Assembly (NCBI GenBank): GCA_947303225.1
Contig: CAMYXG010000002.1
Coordinates: forward strand, 1 to 33,502
DNA length: 33,502 nt
Direction: 5' to 3'
Source: an uncultured Bacillales bacterium
GTDB lineage: Bacteria; Bacillota_I; Bacilli_A; RF39; UBA660
Shown here one piece after another: positions 1-8,017 of the stretch; positions within the stretch are counted from its first letter, which is position 1; each line of letters begins with the position of its first letter. Position numbers and translations under genes: made by a program. The notes beneath the pieces are model-generated. The model made no database searches, had not been told where the DNA came from, and was given only the letters and a program-made list of their open reading frames with translations.

Positions 1-82
1 TAAGATAGGCATATCCTAGAGTAATACACATGATTAATATAGCAAATAATAAGTATAACCATCCTCTTCTGTTTCTTTTCAT
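1..82 (-). CDS. N-terminal fragment of a membrane-anchored protein (continues past window start)
   Basis: ATG at 80-82 follows a GGGAG RBS. It reads MKRNRRGWLYLLFAILIMCITLGYAYL with no stop to the window edge: a basic N-terminus followed by a hydrophobic helix. Confidence 0.4.
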   Translation of the reverse strand, partial: MKRNRRGWLYLLFAILIMCITLGYAYL

Positions 83-108
83 AAACATACTCCCTATTCT
101 ATGAATTA

Positions 109-137
109 ATTATAAGATAAATTGTATTTGTTAGCAA
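109..137 (-). promoter_or_regulatory. sigma-A-type promoter for the partial gene at 1..82
   Basis: On the minus strand: TTGCTA (132-137), a 17-nt spacer, then TATAAT (109-114). Confidence 0.4.
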
Positions 138-151
138 GATATTTATAAAAC

Positions 152-175
152 AAAAAAGATAGAATTCTCTATCTT
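152..175 (-). terminator. intrinsic terminator after the CpsB-like gene
   Basis: An 8-bp stem (156-163 / 168-175) with a 4-nt loop overlaps the stop codon. On the minus strand it is followed by a T-run (plus-strand A-run 152-157). Confidence 0.45.
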
Positions 176-897
176 AACATTGCTATATCTTCATTATTGA
201 TTACTTTATCAAAGTTCTTTTCCATTAAAGCATCTACATAGTCTTTATCTTTTGTAATTTTTAATAATTTTTTTCTTAATTTTTTACTATTAAAATGTAC
301 ATCATGATGAGTATCACTTCCTAAGAAAGTAATCCATTTTTTCTTTAATAGTAGTTTTAAAGTTTTTTCTGCAGTCTTTCCATATTTTCCAAATAAAGAA
401 GTAAAGTTTCCTTGTAATAATAATCCTGTTCTTAAATATTCTTCTAATAGATTCGGATGTTTTTGGAAAGCATAATATCTTTCTGGATGAGCAAGTACTG
501 GAATATATCCTTTACTTACTAACTCATTTACAATAAATCCTGTATTATTATAGATTTGTCTCATTGGAAATTCAAATAATATGTATTTACTATTATTTAA
601 TGTTTTTATTTCTTCCTTTTTTATTAAACTTACTAAATTTGTTGAAATAAAAGCTTCATTTCCTAAATATAGCTTGATATTAATATTTTCTTCATTTACT
701 TTTTCTTGTAAATCCATTAGTAGTTTTTCTTTTTCTTTATTGTTACATATATATTCTGATTCCTCTATATAATGAGGTGTTAGAATACATTCTGTGATTC
801 CCTCTTTTTCCATTTGTTTTAATAAACGAATAGACTCTTCTTCTGTTTTACTTCCATCGTCTATTCCATATAATAAGTGACAATGTAAGTCTTTCAT
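169..897 (-). CDS. cpsB: PHP-family protein-tyrosine phosphatase (CpsB/YwqE type)
   Basis: The N-terminal DLHCHLLYGIDDGS, AHPERY and GSDTHH motifs are typical of Mn-dependent CpsB/YwqE phosphatases. The gene lies directly downstream of the BY-kinase, with a 1-nt overlap. Confidence 0.85.
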   Translation of the reverse strand: MKDLHCHLLYGIDDGSKTEEESIRLLKQMEKEGITECILTPHYIEESEYICNNKEKEKLLMDLQEKVNEENINIKLYLGNEAFISTNLVSLIKKEEIKTLNNSKYILFEFPMRQIYNNTGFIVNELVSKGYIPVLAHPERYYAFQKHPNLLEEYLRTGLLLQGNFTSLFGKYGKTAEKTLKLLLKKKWITFLGSDTHHDVHFNSKKLRKKLLKITKDKDYVDALMEKNFDKVINNEDIAMLR

Positions 898-1613
898 TAT
901 TTTTTAGATGGATCTCCGTAATAGTCTTCACTATAATAATAACTATAATAACTATTTCCAGCTACTTGAGCTTTATTGAATATTACTCCATCAATCTTAA
1001 TACCTGATTGATCAAATAGTTTTTTAACTCTTTCTAAGTTTTCCATTCTAGTCTTTTTAGCAGATACTGTAATCAAATTGATATCTGACAGGGTTGCTAG
1101 AATTAGGGAATCTGATAATCCTATAATTGGAGCACAGTCCATTATAATTAAATCATATTTTTTCTTTAACTTTGCTAATAATTTTTTATTTTTTTCGCTT
1201 CCTAGTAATTCTACTGGATTAGGTGGCATTGGTCCTGTAGGTAATAAATCAATATTTTTATCATGAGTTGGAAAAATATATTTACTTAGATCAATGTTTT
1301 CTTTATAGTTTAACATTAAGTTAGAATATCCACCACTTGTTATATTCATTACTTCAAATATTTCATGTTGTTTTCCACGACGTAAGTCTGCATCCACTAA
1401 TAATACTTTTTTATCTTCTTGAGCATATGCAACTGCTAAGTTTGCTGTTACAAAGCTTTTACCATCTCCTGCTTCTGGAGATGTATTAATAATTACTTTT
1501 ACATCTTTATCTAGAGAAGCAAAGGCAATATTGGTACGAATACTTCTAATTGATTCAGAGAACAATGATTTTGGATTTTTATTTATAATTAAATCTTTAT
1601 TTCTAATTGCCAT
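897..1613 (-). CDS. cpsD: BY-kinase (tyrosine-protein kinase, CpsD/YwqD type)
   Basis: Has a Walker A-like TSPEAGDGKS, a Walker A' VLLVDADLRR, a Walker B LIIMDCAP, and a C-terminal tyrosine cluster YYSYYYSEDYY. Confidence 0.9.
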   Translation of the reverse strand: MAIRNKDLIINKNPKSLFSESIRSIRTNIAFASLDKDVKVIINTSPEAGDGKSFVTANLAVAYAQEDKKVLLVDADLRRGKQHEIFEVMNITSGGYSNLMLNYKENIDLSKYIFPTHDKNIDLLPTGPMPPNPVELLGSEKNKKLLAKLKKKYDLIIMDCAPIIGLSDSLILATLSDINLITVSAKKTRMENLERVKKLFDQSGIKIDGVIFNKAQVAGNSYYSYYYSEDYYGDPSKK

Positions 1614-1620
1614 ATCACAC

Positions 1621-2289
1621 CTACTCCTTTTCTACCTTAGGAACTATTCCCATTACCGTTAGTCCTAATTTATTTTCTATTTCTTCACTTGTTTTAATTG
1701 TTGTATCAAAATAGAAATTTATAAAGATAATTCCACATGATAAAACTAATCCTATTGCTATATAGATAACATTGTCTTTTATATAATTCACATTATATGG
1801 TTTTACTGCATCTACTGCTTTATCCACAATTGAAACGTTATTTAATTTATAGATTTTTTGAATTTCATCTGAGAAAACTGTTGCAATCTCATTTGCTATT
1901 TTTGTAGCAAGAGCTGCATCTGGATCTCCTACTGCGATTCTGATAATTTCTGTATTCGTTACTGCAGATACTGTAATATTTCTAGATAATTCCCCAACAC
2001 CATAATTAAGATTTAAGTTTTTAATTACTTGCTCTAGTACTTTTCTTGATTTAATAATTTCTGAATAAGTACTTACTAAGTTTTTATTCATTTGTAGTTC
2101 TGTTGAATTATATGATTCTGTTTGATTTTCACTTACTAATACAATTGTTGTATTACTTTGATACATTGGTACTCTTGTTAAGATGGTATATATATTACCA
2201 ATTCCTATTAAAAGTATCACAATTGCGATAATCCAAACTATTTTACTCTTAAAATAATCAAATAATTCTTTTAAATCAATTTCTTCCAT
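1621..2289 (-). CDS. cpsC: Wzz/CpsC-type chain-length determinant, transmembrane modulator of the BY-kinase
   Basis: Has an N-terminal TM (VWIIAIVILLIGIG), a periplasm-like middle region and a C-terminal TM (IYIAIGLVLSCGIIF). It sits immediately upstream of the kinase. Confidence 0.8.
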   Translation of the reverse strand: MEEIDLKELFDYFKSKIVWIIAIVILLIGIGNIYTILTRVPMYQSNTTIVLVSENQTESYNSTELQMNKNLVSTYSEIIKSRKVLEQVIKNLNLNYGVGELSRNITVSAVTNTEIIRIAVGDPDAALATKIANEIATVFSDEIQKIYKLNNVSIVDKAVDAVKPYNVNYIKDNVIYIAIGLVLSCGIIFINFYFDTTIKTSEEIENKLGLTVMGIVPKVEKE

Positions 2290-2319
2290 AAAACAATCCC
2301 TCTCTTTTCAAACGAATTC

Positions 2320-2348
2320 ATTATAGCACTAATTATCTTATAAATCAA
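2320..2348 (-). promoter_or_regulatory. sigma-A-type promoter of the cpsC-D-B-like operon
   Basis: On the minus strand: TTGATT (2343-2348), a 17-nt spacer, then TATAAT (2320-2325), about 30 nt upstream of the 2289 start. Confidence 0.5.
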
Positions 2349-2412
2349 GGAAATCTTTTATTTCTTATTATGTTTTATACTATATTATATGAATAAAAAA
2401 ATCCTAAATCAT

Positions 2413-2439
2413 AAAAAGCAAGCAGATTTCTCTGCTTGC
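2413..2439 (-). terminator. intrinsic terminator after the 2446..3144 gene
   Basis: GC-containing stem GCAAGCAG/CTGCTTGC (2418-2425 / 2432-2439) with a 6-nt loop, followed by a T-run on the minus strand. Confidence 0.7.
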
Positions 2440-2445
2440 TTCTTT

Positions 2446-3144
2446 TTACATTTTAAATTGTGTATAGTCTTTATTTTGATTTTCTTCTTCTAGCATTTTT
2501 GCTAAGTCTGATTGATCTCTATTATTCATATCATTTGGTTGATATTCTTTATTTTGAGTATTTTCTATGAAATCTTGTGAAATGTCATGATTTTCTTTTA
2601 TATTATTATCTTGTCTTTCTACTAGTTCTTTCATTTGATCGTATAAATCTTTGTCTGGATCATCTGCTTTATTGAAATCCTTTGATGAAATTTTCATAAT
2701 TTCTACAATTACTTCTACATCTGGATACATTGATTCATATAGTGCTACTAAAGCTGCTACATCAGCATCAGTGACTTCATACATTCCTAATTCTGGATTA
2801 AGTGGATATTCATTTGAAAAGTCAGGATACGTAGTATCTGAAGATATATATCCTTCTGGAATTTCTCCTGCTGGTTTATCTCTTAAAATTGATGGTGAAA
2901 CTGATATTATTTGTCCATCTGGATATTTATAAGTATAGCTTGGCTCTAATCCTTTCATGGATGTTAAAGCTGGTGCATCAATATATTTTTTACCATTTTC
3001 ATCCTCATAAATTCTTAATACCATTGTTCTTTTATTTTTTGGTTTTTCTATTACTTGTGGTGCATGCTGGGGTTGTGGCTCATAAGCAAAGTCTCCAAAT
3101 CCATTTCCTTGTGGTGGAGCGATTATTGTTTGTTCTCCGTTCAT
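2446..3144 (-). CDS. hypothetical acidic, Pro/Gln-rich soluble protein
   Basis: Long ORF. The start is moved to ATG 3144 (MNGEQ...) because the GGAGG RBS lies inside the track's first 6 codons. The gene has its own terminator. No recognisable motif. Confidence 0.6.
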   Translation of the reverse strand: MNGEQTIIAPPQGNGFGDFAYEPQPQHAPQVIEKPKNKRTMVLRIYEDENGKKYIDAPALTSMKGLEPSYTYKYPDGQIISVSPSILRDKPAGEIPEGYISSDTTYPDFSNEYPLNPELGMYEVTDADVAALVALYESMYPDVEVIVEIMKISSKDFNKADDPDKDLYDQMKELVERQDNNIKENHDISQDFIENTQNKEYQPNDMNNRDQSDLAKMLEEENQNKDYTQFKM

Positions 3145-3218
3145 ATTATTACCTCCTATCATTATTCTAGCATATATATCTTTATTTATAAAGAAAAACG
3201 TTGTTTATTTTACAGTGT

Positions 3219-4877
3219 TTACACTTTCTTATTTTGATACATTTCAATTCTTTTTAAGATTCTATCTTTTCCTAGTATTTTCATAATACTAAATAGATCT
3301 GGTGACTTTAATCTTCCTGTAATCATTACTCTAATTGCTTCACAAATATCTCCAACATGTCCTTTATAATCATCTGGATTTTTCTTATAATCTTTTGGAC
3401 TAGCAGCATAACCATTGTTACTTGCAAATTCTTTTATACCATTAAACCATGTTTCATTATCCGTATCTAAATCTAAATGATTTTCTATATAATCTTTTAT
3501 TAGATTAATATCATATGTTTTTTCACTTTCATTTTTCTTATAATTTTCTTTTTTAAATAAAGAATCAATGGCATATGAAAATTCTTCTTTTACTTCACTA
3601 TATTTTGAAATGTCTTTTCTAGGTCTAGTTCCATCTTTTTCAATATTTAAAAATTGAATCATATCTTCTTTATTAGCTAGTAATATTTCAGCATATTCTT
3701 TGTCATGCTTTAATGCCCAAGCAAGTGTTTCTTCATAAACTTCTTCCCCACTTTTACGAGAAAAATATGTTTTACATAAATTTATTAACTTAGCTTCATC
3801 AAAAGATGTTCCTCCGATTGCTTGTTTATCAAATGAAAATTCAAAATCTGATATATTTTTATCTGGATTTTGTAAATACCATTCTTCAAAATTCGTATTC
3901 GTAATAGTTGCTAGATATAGATGTAAGGCTTCTATTGGAATACCATTTTCATCATAATATTTTACTCCAAACCATGGATCTTTTCTTTTACTAATTTTTC
4001 TAATATTTCCTGTTTCTTGGTCTTTTATTGTGATAGGTGCAATATGTGCATATTTAACAGGAGTAAATTCTAATATCTGAAATAATTGTATATGTAGAGG
4101 TAGGCTTGATACCCATTCATCTCCACGTATTACGTGTGTTGTATGCATTAAATGATCATCTATTGCATGGGCAAAATGATATGTTGGTGTTCCATCTTTT
4201 TTTAATAACACTGTATCGATATCGTGTTCTGGAAATTTCATTTTTCCTTTGATACAATCTACTACTTCTATTTCTTTTTTAGCATCTCCTGGAGATTTTA
4301 GTCTAATAACATATTCATCTTTATTCTTTAGGTGTTCTTTTACTTCATCTAAACTTAAATCTCTATCAACTGCATAGTGACCATATATTCCTATTTTTAC
4401 TTTATTAATGGCTTGTTCTTCTTTTATATCATTTTGTTCTTCTTCAGTCATAAAACATGGATAAGCATAACCTTTAACAATTAAATCTTTGATATAAGCT
4501 TGATATATTTCTGTTCTTTCACTTTGTTGATATGGACCATATTCTCCTCCAAAAGAGTATCCTTCATTTGGTAATATTTGAAAATCATGTAAAACACTAA
4601 CAATATTTTCTATACCACCATCAATCATTCTCTTTTGATCAGTATCTTCTATTCGTAAAAAGAAACTCCCTTTAGTTTGTTTTGCATACATCATATCTGC
4701 AAATGCACTAAGTAAATTACCTAAATGTACAAATCCTGTTGGACTAGGTCCATATCTCGTTACCATTGCTCCATCAGGAAGATTTCTTTCTGGATATTTT
4801 TTTTCATAGTACTCTCTTGTTTTATCAATATTTGGAAATAACAATTCTGCTAGTTCTATTCTTTCTTCTTTTGTCAT
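3219..4877 (-). CDS. gltX: glutamate--tRNA ligase
   Basis: Class I HIGH region PSPTGFVHLGNL, the GluRS signature LRIEDTDQKR, and a KMSKS-like KISKRK. Confidence 0.9.
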   Translation of the reverse strand: MTKEERIELAELLFPNIDKTREYYEKKYPERNLPDGAMVTRYGPSPTGFVHLGNLLSAFADMMYAKQTKGSFFLRIEDTDQKRMIDGGIENIVSVLHDFQILPNEGYSFGGEYGPYQQSERTEIYQAYIKDLIVKGYAYPCFMTEEEQNDIKEEQAINKVKIGIYGHYAVDRDLSLDEVKEHLKNKDEYVIRLKSPGDAKKEIEVVDCIKGKMKFPEHDIDTVLLKKDGTPTYHFAHAIDDHLMHTTHVIRGDEWVSSLPLHIQLFQILEFTPVKYAHIAPITIKDQETGNIRKISKRKDPWFGVKYYDENGIPIEALHLYLATITNTNFEEWYLQNPDKNISDFEFSFDKQAIGGTSFDEAKLINLCKTYFSRKSGEEVYEETLAWALKHDKEYAEILLANKEDMIQFLNIEKDGTRPRKDISKYSEVKEEFSYAIDSLFKKENYKKNESEKTYDINLIKDYIENHLDLDTDNETWFNGIKEFASNNGYAASPKDYKKNPDDYKGHVGDICEAIRVMITGRLKSPDLFSIMKILGKDRILKRIEMYQNKKV

Positions 4878-4942
4878 AATACCACCTCTTTTTTAAACTA
4901 TTAATATCATACACTATTATCAAAAAAAAAGAAAGAATCTCT

Positions 4943-5173
4943 TTATTTTGATTTTCTTCCTTCATTTATATTTTGATCACTACGATATTCCATTTCTTGC
5001 ATAATAGCATCTAAAATACCTATTTTTTCATCTTTAATATCATCTACTTCAATATTCGTTCTTGCGGAAGATAATTCTTCGTCTGATAATGTTGTTAAAT
5101 ACTCTGTTAAAGCATGATGACGATAAAAGAATATTAGTGCCTCCTGTGATGTCATTTTATTTTCCTCTTTCAT
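4943..5173 (-). CDS. small hypothetical protein (76 aa)
   Basis: Internal ATG at 5173 with a GAGAGGAAG RBS. The longer track ORF (to 5293) runs through the tRNA gene and is rejected. Confidence 0.45.
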   Translation of the reverse strand: MKEENKMTSQEALIFFYRHHALTEYLTTLSDEELSSARTNIEVDDIKDEKIGILDAIMQEMEYRSDQNINEGRKSK

Positions 5174-5211
5174 ATTTCTTCCTCTCTTTCTACTTTTACT
5201 AAATAAAAAAA

Positions 5212-5286
5212 TGGCTGCCCCAGTTAGATTCGAACTAACGCGTGATGGAGTCAGAGTCCACTGCCTTACCGCTTGGCTATGGGGCA
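5212..5286 (-). tRNA. tRNA-Gln (anticodon CUG)
   Basis: Hand-folded cloverleaf: acceptor TGCCCCA/TGGGGCA, with the U1-A72 pair typical of bacterial tRNA-Gln. D arm GCC..GGC, anticodon stem GTGGA/TCCAT, loop CTCTGAC, T arm GTTAG-TTCGAAT-CTAAC, and an encoded CCA. Confidence 0.85.
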
Positions 5287-5336
5287 ATACCACTTTTATT
5301 TTATAATACTTTTTTTAAAAAAGAAAGTATTTTTTA

Positions 5337-5789
5337 TTATTTTGTGTTTTGATATACTATTTCATTCTCATTTTCTACTACTTTACCTGGTGTACTATAT
5401 TCATATTGACGTGTTATTTCATTATAAGTTGCTTCTGCAGTTACAGTTTCTGTATTAGTAAACCAAACATCAAATCCTTTTGTTACGGATCCTCTTCCCT
5501 TTGTATCTATATAGTTTTCTATTTCTAAGATTTCATATCCTTCAGGTATTTCTACTTGTCCATTCGTAATACTTGAAGTATTCATGTAGGAATCTGATAA
5601 TTCATACCTTCTATAAAATACATGTTCATATGGTTCGAATTCTTGATCAGAAGGTTTTTCAATTTGTTCCTGTTTTTCTTTTGCCTCTAAACAGTCTACT
5701 GCTGTTCTATAAATTGGACTTGCTATAGAAACAACTAAAGTTGCTGCTAAAGCAGTTGTTAGCATTCTATATACTTTTTCTTCTCTCAT
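5337..5789 (-). CDS. hypothetical N-terminally membrane-anchored or secreted protein
   Basis: GGAGAG RBS and a hydrophobic N-terminus (LTTALAATLVVSIASPI). It is the last gene of a tightly spaced four-gene operon. Confidence 0.6.
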   Translation of the reverse strand: MREEKVYRMLTTALAATLVVSIASPIYRTAVDCLEAKEKQEQIEKPSDQEFEPYEHVFYRRYELSDSYMNTSSITNGQVEIPEGYEILEIENYIDTKGRGSVTKGFDVWFTNTETVTAEATYNEITRQYEYSTPGKVVENENEIVYQNTK

Positions 5790-5798
5790 AGTTCTCTC

Positions 5799-6557
5799 CT
5801 ATTTTTTTCTTTTCATTAATATTTTTTTTTCAGAATTTTTTGGAAATAATTGATCAAATTCAGGCTCTATTCTTTTTCTTAATTCTTCTTCTCTTGCTAA
5901 TTTTTCTTGTTCAATTCGAGCTAATTCTTGTAAATATTCTTCTTCTCTTCTTTTTCTATCTATCTCTTGATTTTGTTTTGTAGCAGCGATATAATGTTGA
6001 TTCATTTTTCTCTCATTTTTCTTTTGATAGAACATGATGATTTTCTTTTTAGCTTCTTCTTTCATTGCTTCTACTGTTTGAATTACTTCCTCTTTTCTTG
6101 GCATTGTTTCTTCTATAATCTTTTGTTTCATTTCTGGAGTTAATTCTTGCATTACTACTCCATCATGATAATAACTATAAGAACCAATTGCTAATGGTTG
6201 ATGTAGAAGTGATGATTCTTGTTTTAATGCTTCTACTTCATAACTTTGTGTAACAGTATCTAAAATATCTTCATCTATTGTTTGTCTTCCATATACTTCT
6301 CCTGTTATTAAGTCTAAGTATTGTCCATTACCAAGATATTCTACAACTGTCCATAATTCTGAGATTGGATCAGCTGATAATTCATAATAATTACAAATCA
6401 TAGTTGCACAAGTATATGGATGTTCTTCTTTTGTAGAAATTGATGTTGATAACCTCTTATATGGCATTGCAAATCTTTTTCCTATTCTTTTTTCTTCTGT
6501 TTGATCTATTTTTACTTCTTTCTTTTTTTCTTTTCTAAATAATTTTTCTAATAACAT
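5799..6557 (-). CDS. hypothetical protein, uncharacterised family (paralog of 19968..21065) with a C-terminal Arg/Glu-rich helix
   Basis: Start set at ATG 6557 (AAAGGAAG RBS); the track start at 6575 is a TTG. Shares the blocks RFAMPY, LWTVVEYLGNGQ, TVTQS and LTPE..PRK with 19968..21065. Confidence 0.65.
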   Translation of the reverse strand: MLLEKLFRKEKKKEVKIDQTEEKRIGKRFAMPYKRLSTSISTKEEHPYTCATMICNYYELSADPISELWTVVEYLGNGQYLDLITGEVYGRQTIDEDILDTVTQSYEVEALKQESSLLHQPLAIGSYSYYHDGVVMQELTPEMKQKIIEETMPRKEEVIQTVEAMKEEAKKKIIMFYQKKNERKMNQHYIAATKQNQEIDRKRREEEYLQELARIEQEKLAREEELRKRIEPEFDQLFPKNSEKKILMKRKK

Positions 6558-6580
6558 ATTTTCTCTTCCTTTCAATCTTA

Positions 6581-7426
6581 TTATTTTTTTACTTTTATAT
6601 AATTATCTGGTTGAAAAAATCCTTTTTGATCAACTTCATATTCATTATTGATTGCTTCTATAATGATTTCTAATTGTTCTTTAAAATATTTAATTCTTTT
6701 TTGAAAATCTTCATCTGTTTCTGTTTTTCCAAAATCGTCATAATATTTATCAATTGCTGTATGTACTAAATCAAATATTCTTGATGTTGAATTGTCAAAT
6801 GTTAATCTATTTTCGTATGAATCATTTTTGTAGATTGCATATCCATCTCTGTCTTTTTTGCCTAAATAAATCCACTCATCTTCGTCATAGATTTTAACAT
6901 TACTTGTATCTCCTTCATATTCTGTTGCAGATAAAACGATTGTTTTTGATAATTCCATATTAAAGTCTATTAAATCTGTTTGACCATATTGAATTACATA
7001 GTTTCCTATTTTTTGATATATTTCATTTAACTGTAAATATAATTTTTCTTGTTCCTCTAATGATAAAGATTCTGTATCTTCAATACTTGATAAAAATTGT
7101 AATACTTCATCTAAATCGATATCATTAATAGATTCTCTTGTTACATCCTCTCTTTTTTCATATTTAATGTCTAATCCTAAGTCATCAATTTTTTCTATGA
7201 TTTGTATCATTTTTTCTAAGTTAATAATCTTTTTTTGTAATTCTTCTGGATTAGCTACTTTTTCCATAAATAAGTCATCTATTGTACTTGCAGGATTTTC
7301 AATCATAGATTGTTCTACAGAAGTTGATTGTTCCTTTTTTAGTGTAAAACCACATCCATTTAATAATGTAATTGCTCCTGATAAGTATAATACAATGCTT
7401 AATAGTTTTAAATTTTTTAATTTCAT
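6581..7426 (-). CDS. putative lipoprotein
   Basis: Signal peptide ending in the lipobox-like LLNGC (MKLKNLKLLSIVLYLSGAITLLNGC). GGGGGG RBS. The mature part is acidic. Confidence 0.65.
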   Translation of the reverse strand: MKLKNLKLLSIVLYLSGAITLLNGCGFTLKKEQSTSVEQSMIENPASTIDDLFMEKVANPEELQKKIINLEKMIQIIEKIDDLGLDIKYEKREDVTRESINDIDLDEVLQFLSSIEDTESLSLEEQEKLYLQLNEIYQKIGNYVIQYGQTDLIDFNMELSKTIVLSATEYEGDTSNVKIYDEDEWIYLGKKDRDGYAIYKNDSYENRLTFDNSTSRIFDLVHTAIDKYYDDFGKTETDEDFQKRIKYFKEQLEIIIEAINNEYEVDQKGFFQPDNYIKVKK

Positions 7427-7443
7427 ATTTATCCCCCCTATTA

Positions 7444-7803
7444 TTATTTTATTTTTTTAACTTTTTCTACTGGTATATTTGTCTTTTGTAATTCCATGGC
7501 CCAAGTAATTAATGAGTCAATAGAACTTTTTAATCTTAATACTAGATTCCTACTTCTTTCTAAATCTAATAATTCAAACCAATTATCATATAATTGTTTT
7601 TTTACTTCATTGTTGAAGAAGGATGGATCTGTATAGATTTTATTTGTTAGTTCTTTGATTTCACTAATTAATTTAATATATTTTGGTATACTTTCCATAG
7701 GACATGATGATAATAATGAATCACTTAAGTTCATTAATAAGAATTGTAATTTCATGTGTTCTTCATCATTATAGATATAATAAATTCTTTCTTCTTCTGT
7801 CAT
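7444..7803 (-). CDS. hypothetical helical cytoplasmic protein (119 aa)
   Basis: Start set at ATG 7803, 7 nt after GGAGG. The track start (TTG 7851) lies inside the upstream terminator stem. Confidence 0.6.
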   Translation of the reverse strand: MTEEERIYYIYNDEEHMKLQFLLMNLSDSLLSSCPMESIPKYIKLISEIKELTNKIYTDPSFFNNEVKKQLYDNWFELLDLERSRNLVLRLKSSIDSLITWAMELQKTNIPVEKVKKIK

Positions 7804-7958
7804 ATTCATTCCTCCTTTCTTTTTCATGAAGTTTTGCATATAAAAAAGCAAGACCTCATGAATGATTCATGAAAGTCTTGCCCAAATACAATGTATTTTT
7901 ATGATACAGGATAACCGAGATGATGTATCATAACTTTTAAGGACTACTCCCTTTCAAT
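7804..7958 (-). promoter_or_regulatory. candidate cis-regulatory leader (riboswitch/attenuator) or small RNA of unknown class
   Basis: The transcript predicted from the consensus promoter contains an 8-bp hairpin AUGAUACA/UGUAUCAU (7924-7931 / 7901-7908). It also has two AUACAUUG boxes and ends in a strong terminator before the RBS of 7444..7803. Confidence 0.45.
7842..7881 (-). terminator. intrinsic terminator (ends the HD-gene operon and/or acts as a leader attenuator)
   Basis: Stem GCAAGAC/GTCTTGC (7848-7854 / 7875-7881) plus an inner TCATGA/TCATGA stem and a 5-nt loop, followed by TTTTTT on the minus strand. Confidence 0.8.
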
Positions 7959-7964
7959 GTATAC

Positions 7965-7993
7965 ATTATACCACATTTTACACTTTTTGTCAA
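7965..7993 (-). promoter_or_regulatory. consensus sigma-A promoter
   Basis: On the minus strand: TTGACA (7988-7993), an exact 17-nt spacer ending in TGG, then TATAAT (7965-7970). It starts 24 nt after the stop of 8018..11632. Confidence 0.7.
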
Positions 7994-8017
7994 TTTTTTG
8001 TTCGTATTCTACTGTTA

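Noticed and set aside
2651-3237. Three plus-strand ORFs (2651..2932, 2889..3170, 3055..3237), and similar ones at 581..772, 1078..1266, 5273..5458, 7167..7460 and 7957..8180.
   Set aside because: All are antisense to well-supported minus-strand genes. They are rich in Phe/Leu/Ile/Ser as expected from AT-rich antisense frames, and they lack RBSs and motifs.
4943-5293. A 116-aa track ORF that extends across 5174-5293.
   Set aside because: Its N-terminal 40 codons are the reverse-strand reading of the tRNA-Gln gene (5212-5286). An internal ATG at 5173 with an RBS gives a plausible 76-aa product instead.
5305-5331. A 12-bp hairpin between the 5337..5789 stop and the tRNA-Gln gene, considered as a possible terminator.
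   Set aside because: The stem is almost entirely A-U, with one G-C and one G-U pair, and no U-tract follows it on the minus strand. It may still be a weak pause or processing site.
2446-5789. A shared EIPEGY hexapeptide in the 2446..3144 and 5337..5789 proteins, considered as a hint of homology.
   Set aside because: The match is too short and isolated, and there is no collinear similarity around it.
7899-7931. A 10-codon uORF (MIHHLGYPVS*) in the leader upstream of 7444..7803, considered as a possible leader peptide.
   Set aside because: The nearest purine-rich RBS-like element (GGGAG) is about 17 nt away. The ORF also coincides exactly with the 8-bp hairpin arms, so an RNA-structure explanation is more economical.
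7804-7958. An attempt to assign the leader to a known riboswitch class (THF, preQ1, purine, fluoride, FMN, T-box, PyrR site).
   Set aside because: None of the conserved core sequences I remember is present. It stays an unclassified candidate until an Rfam/Infernal scan is run.
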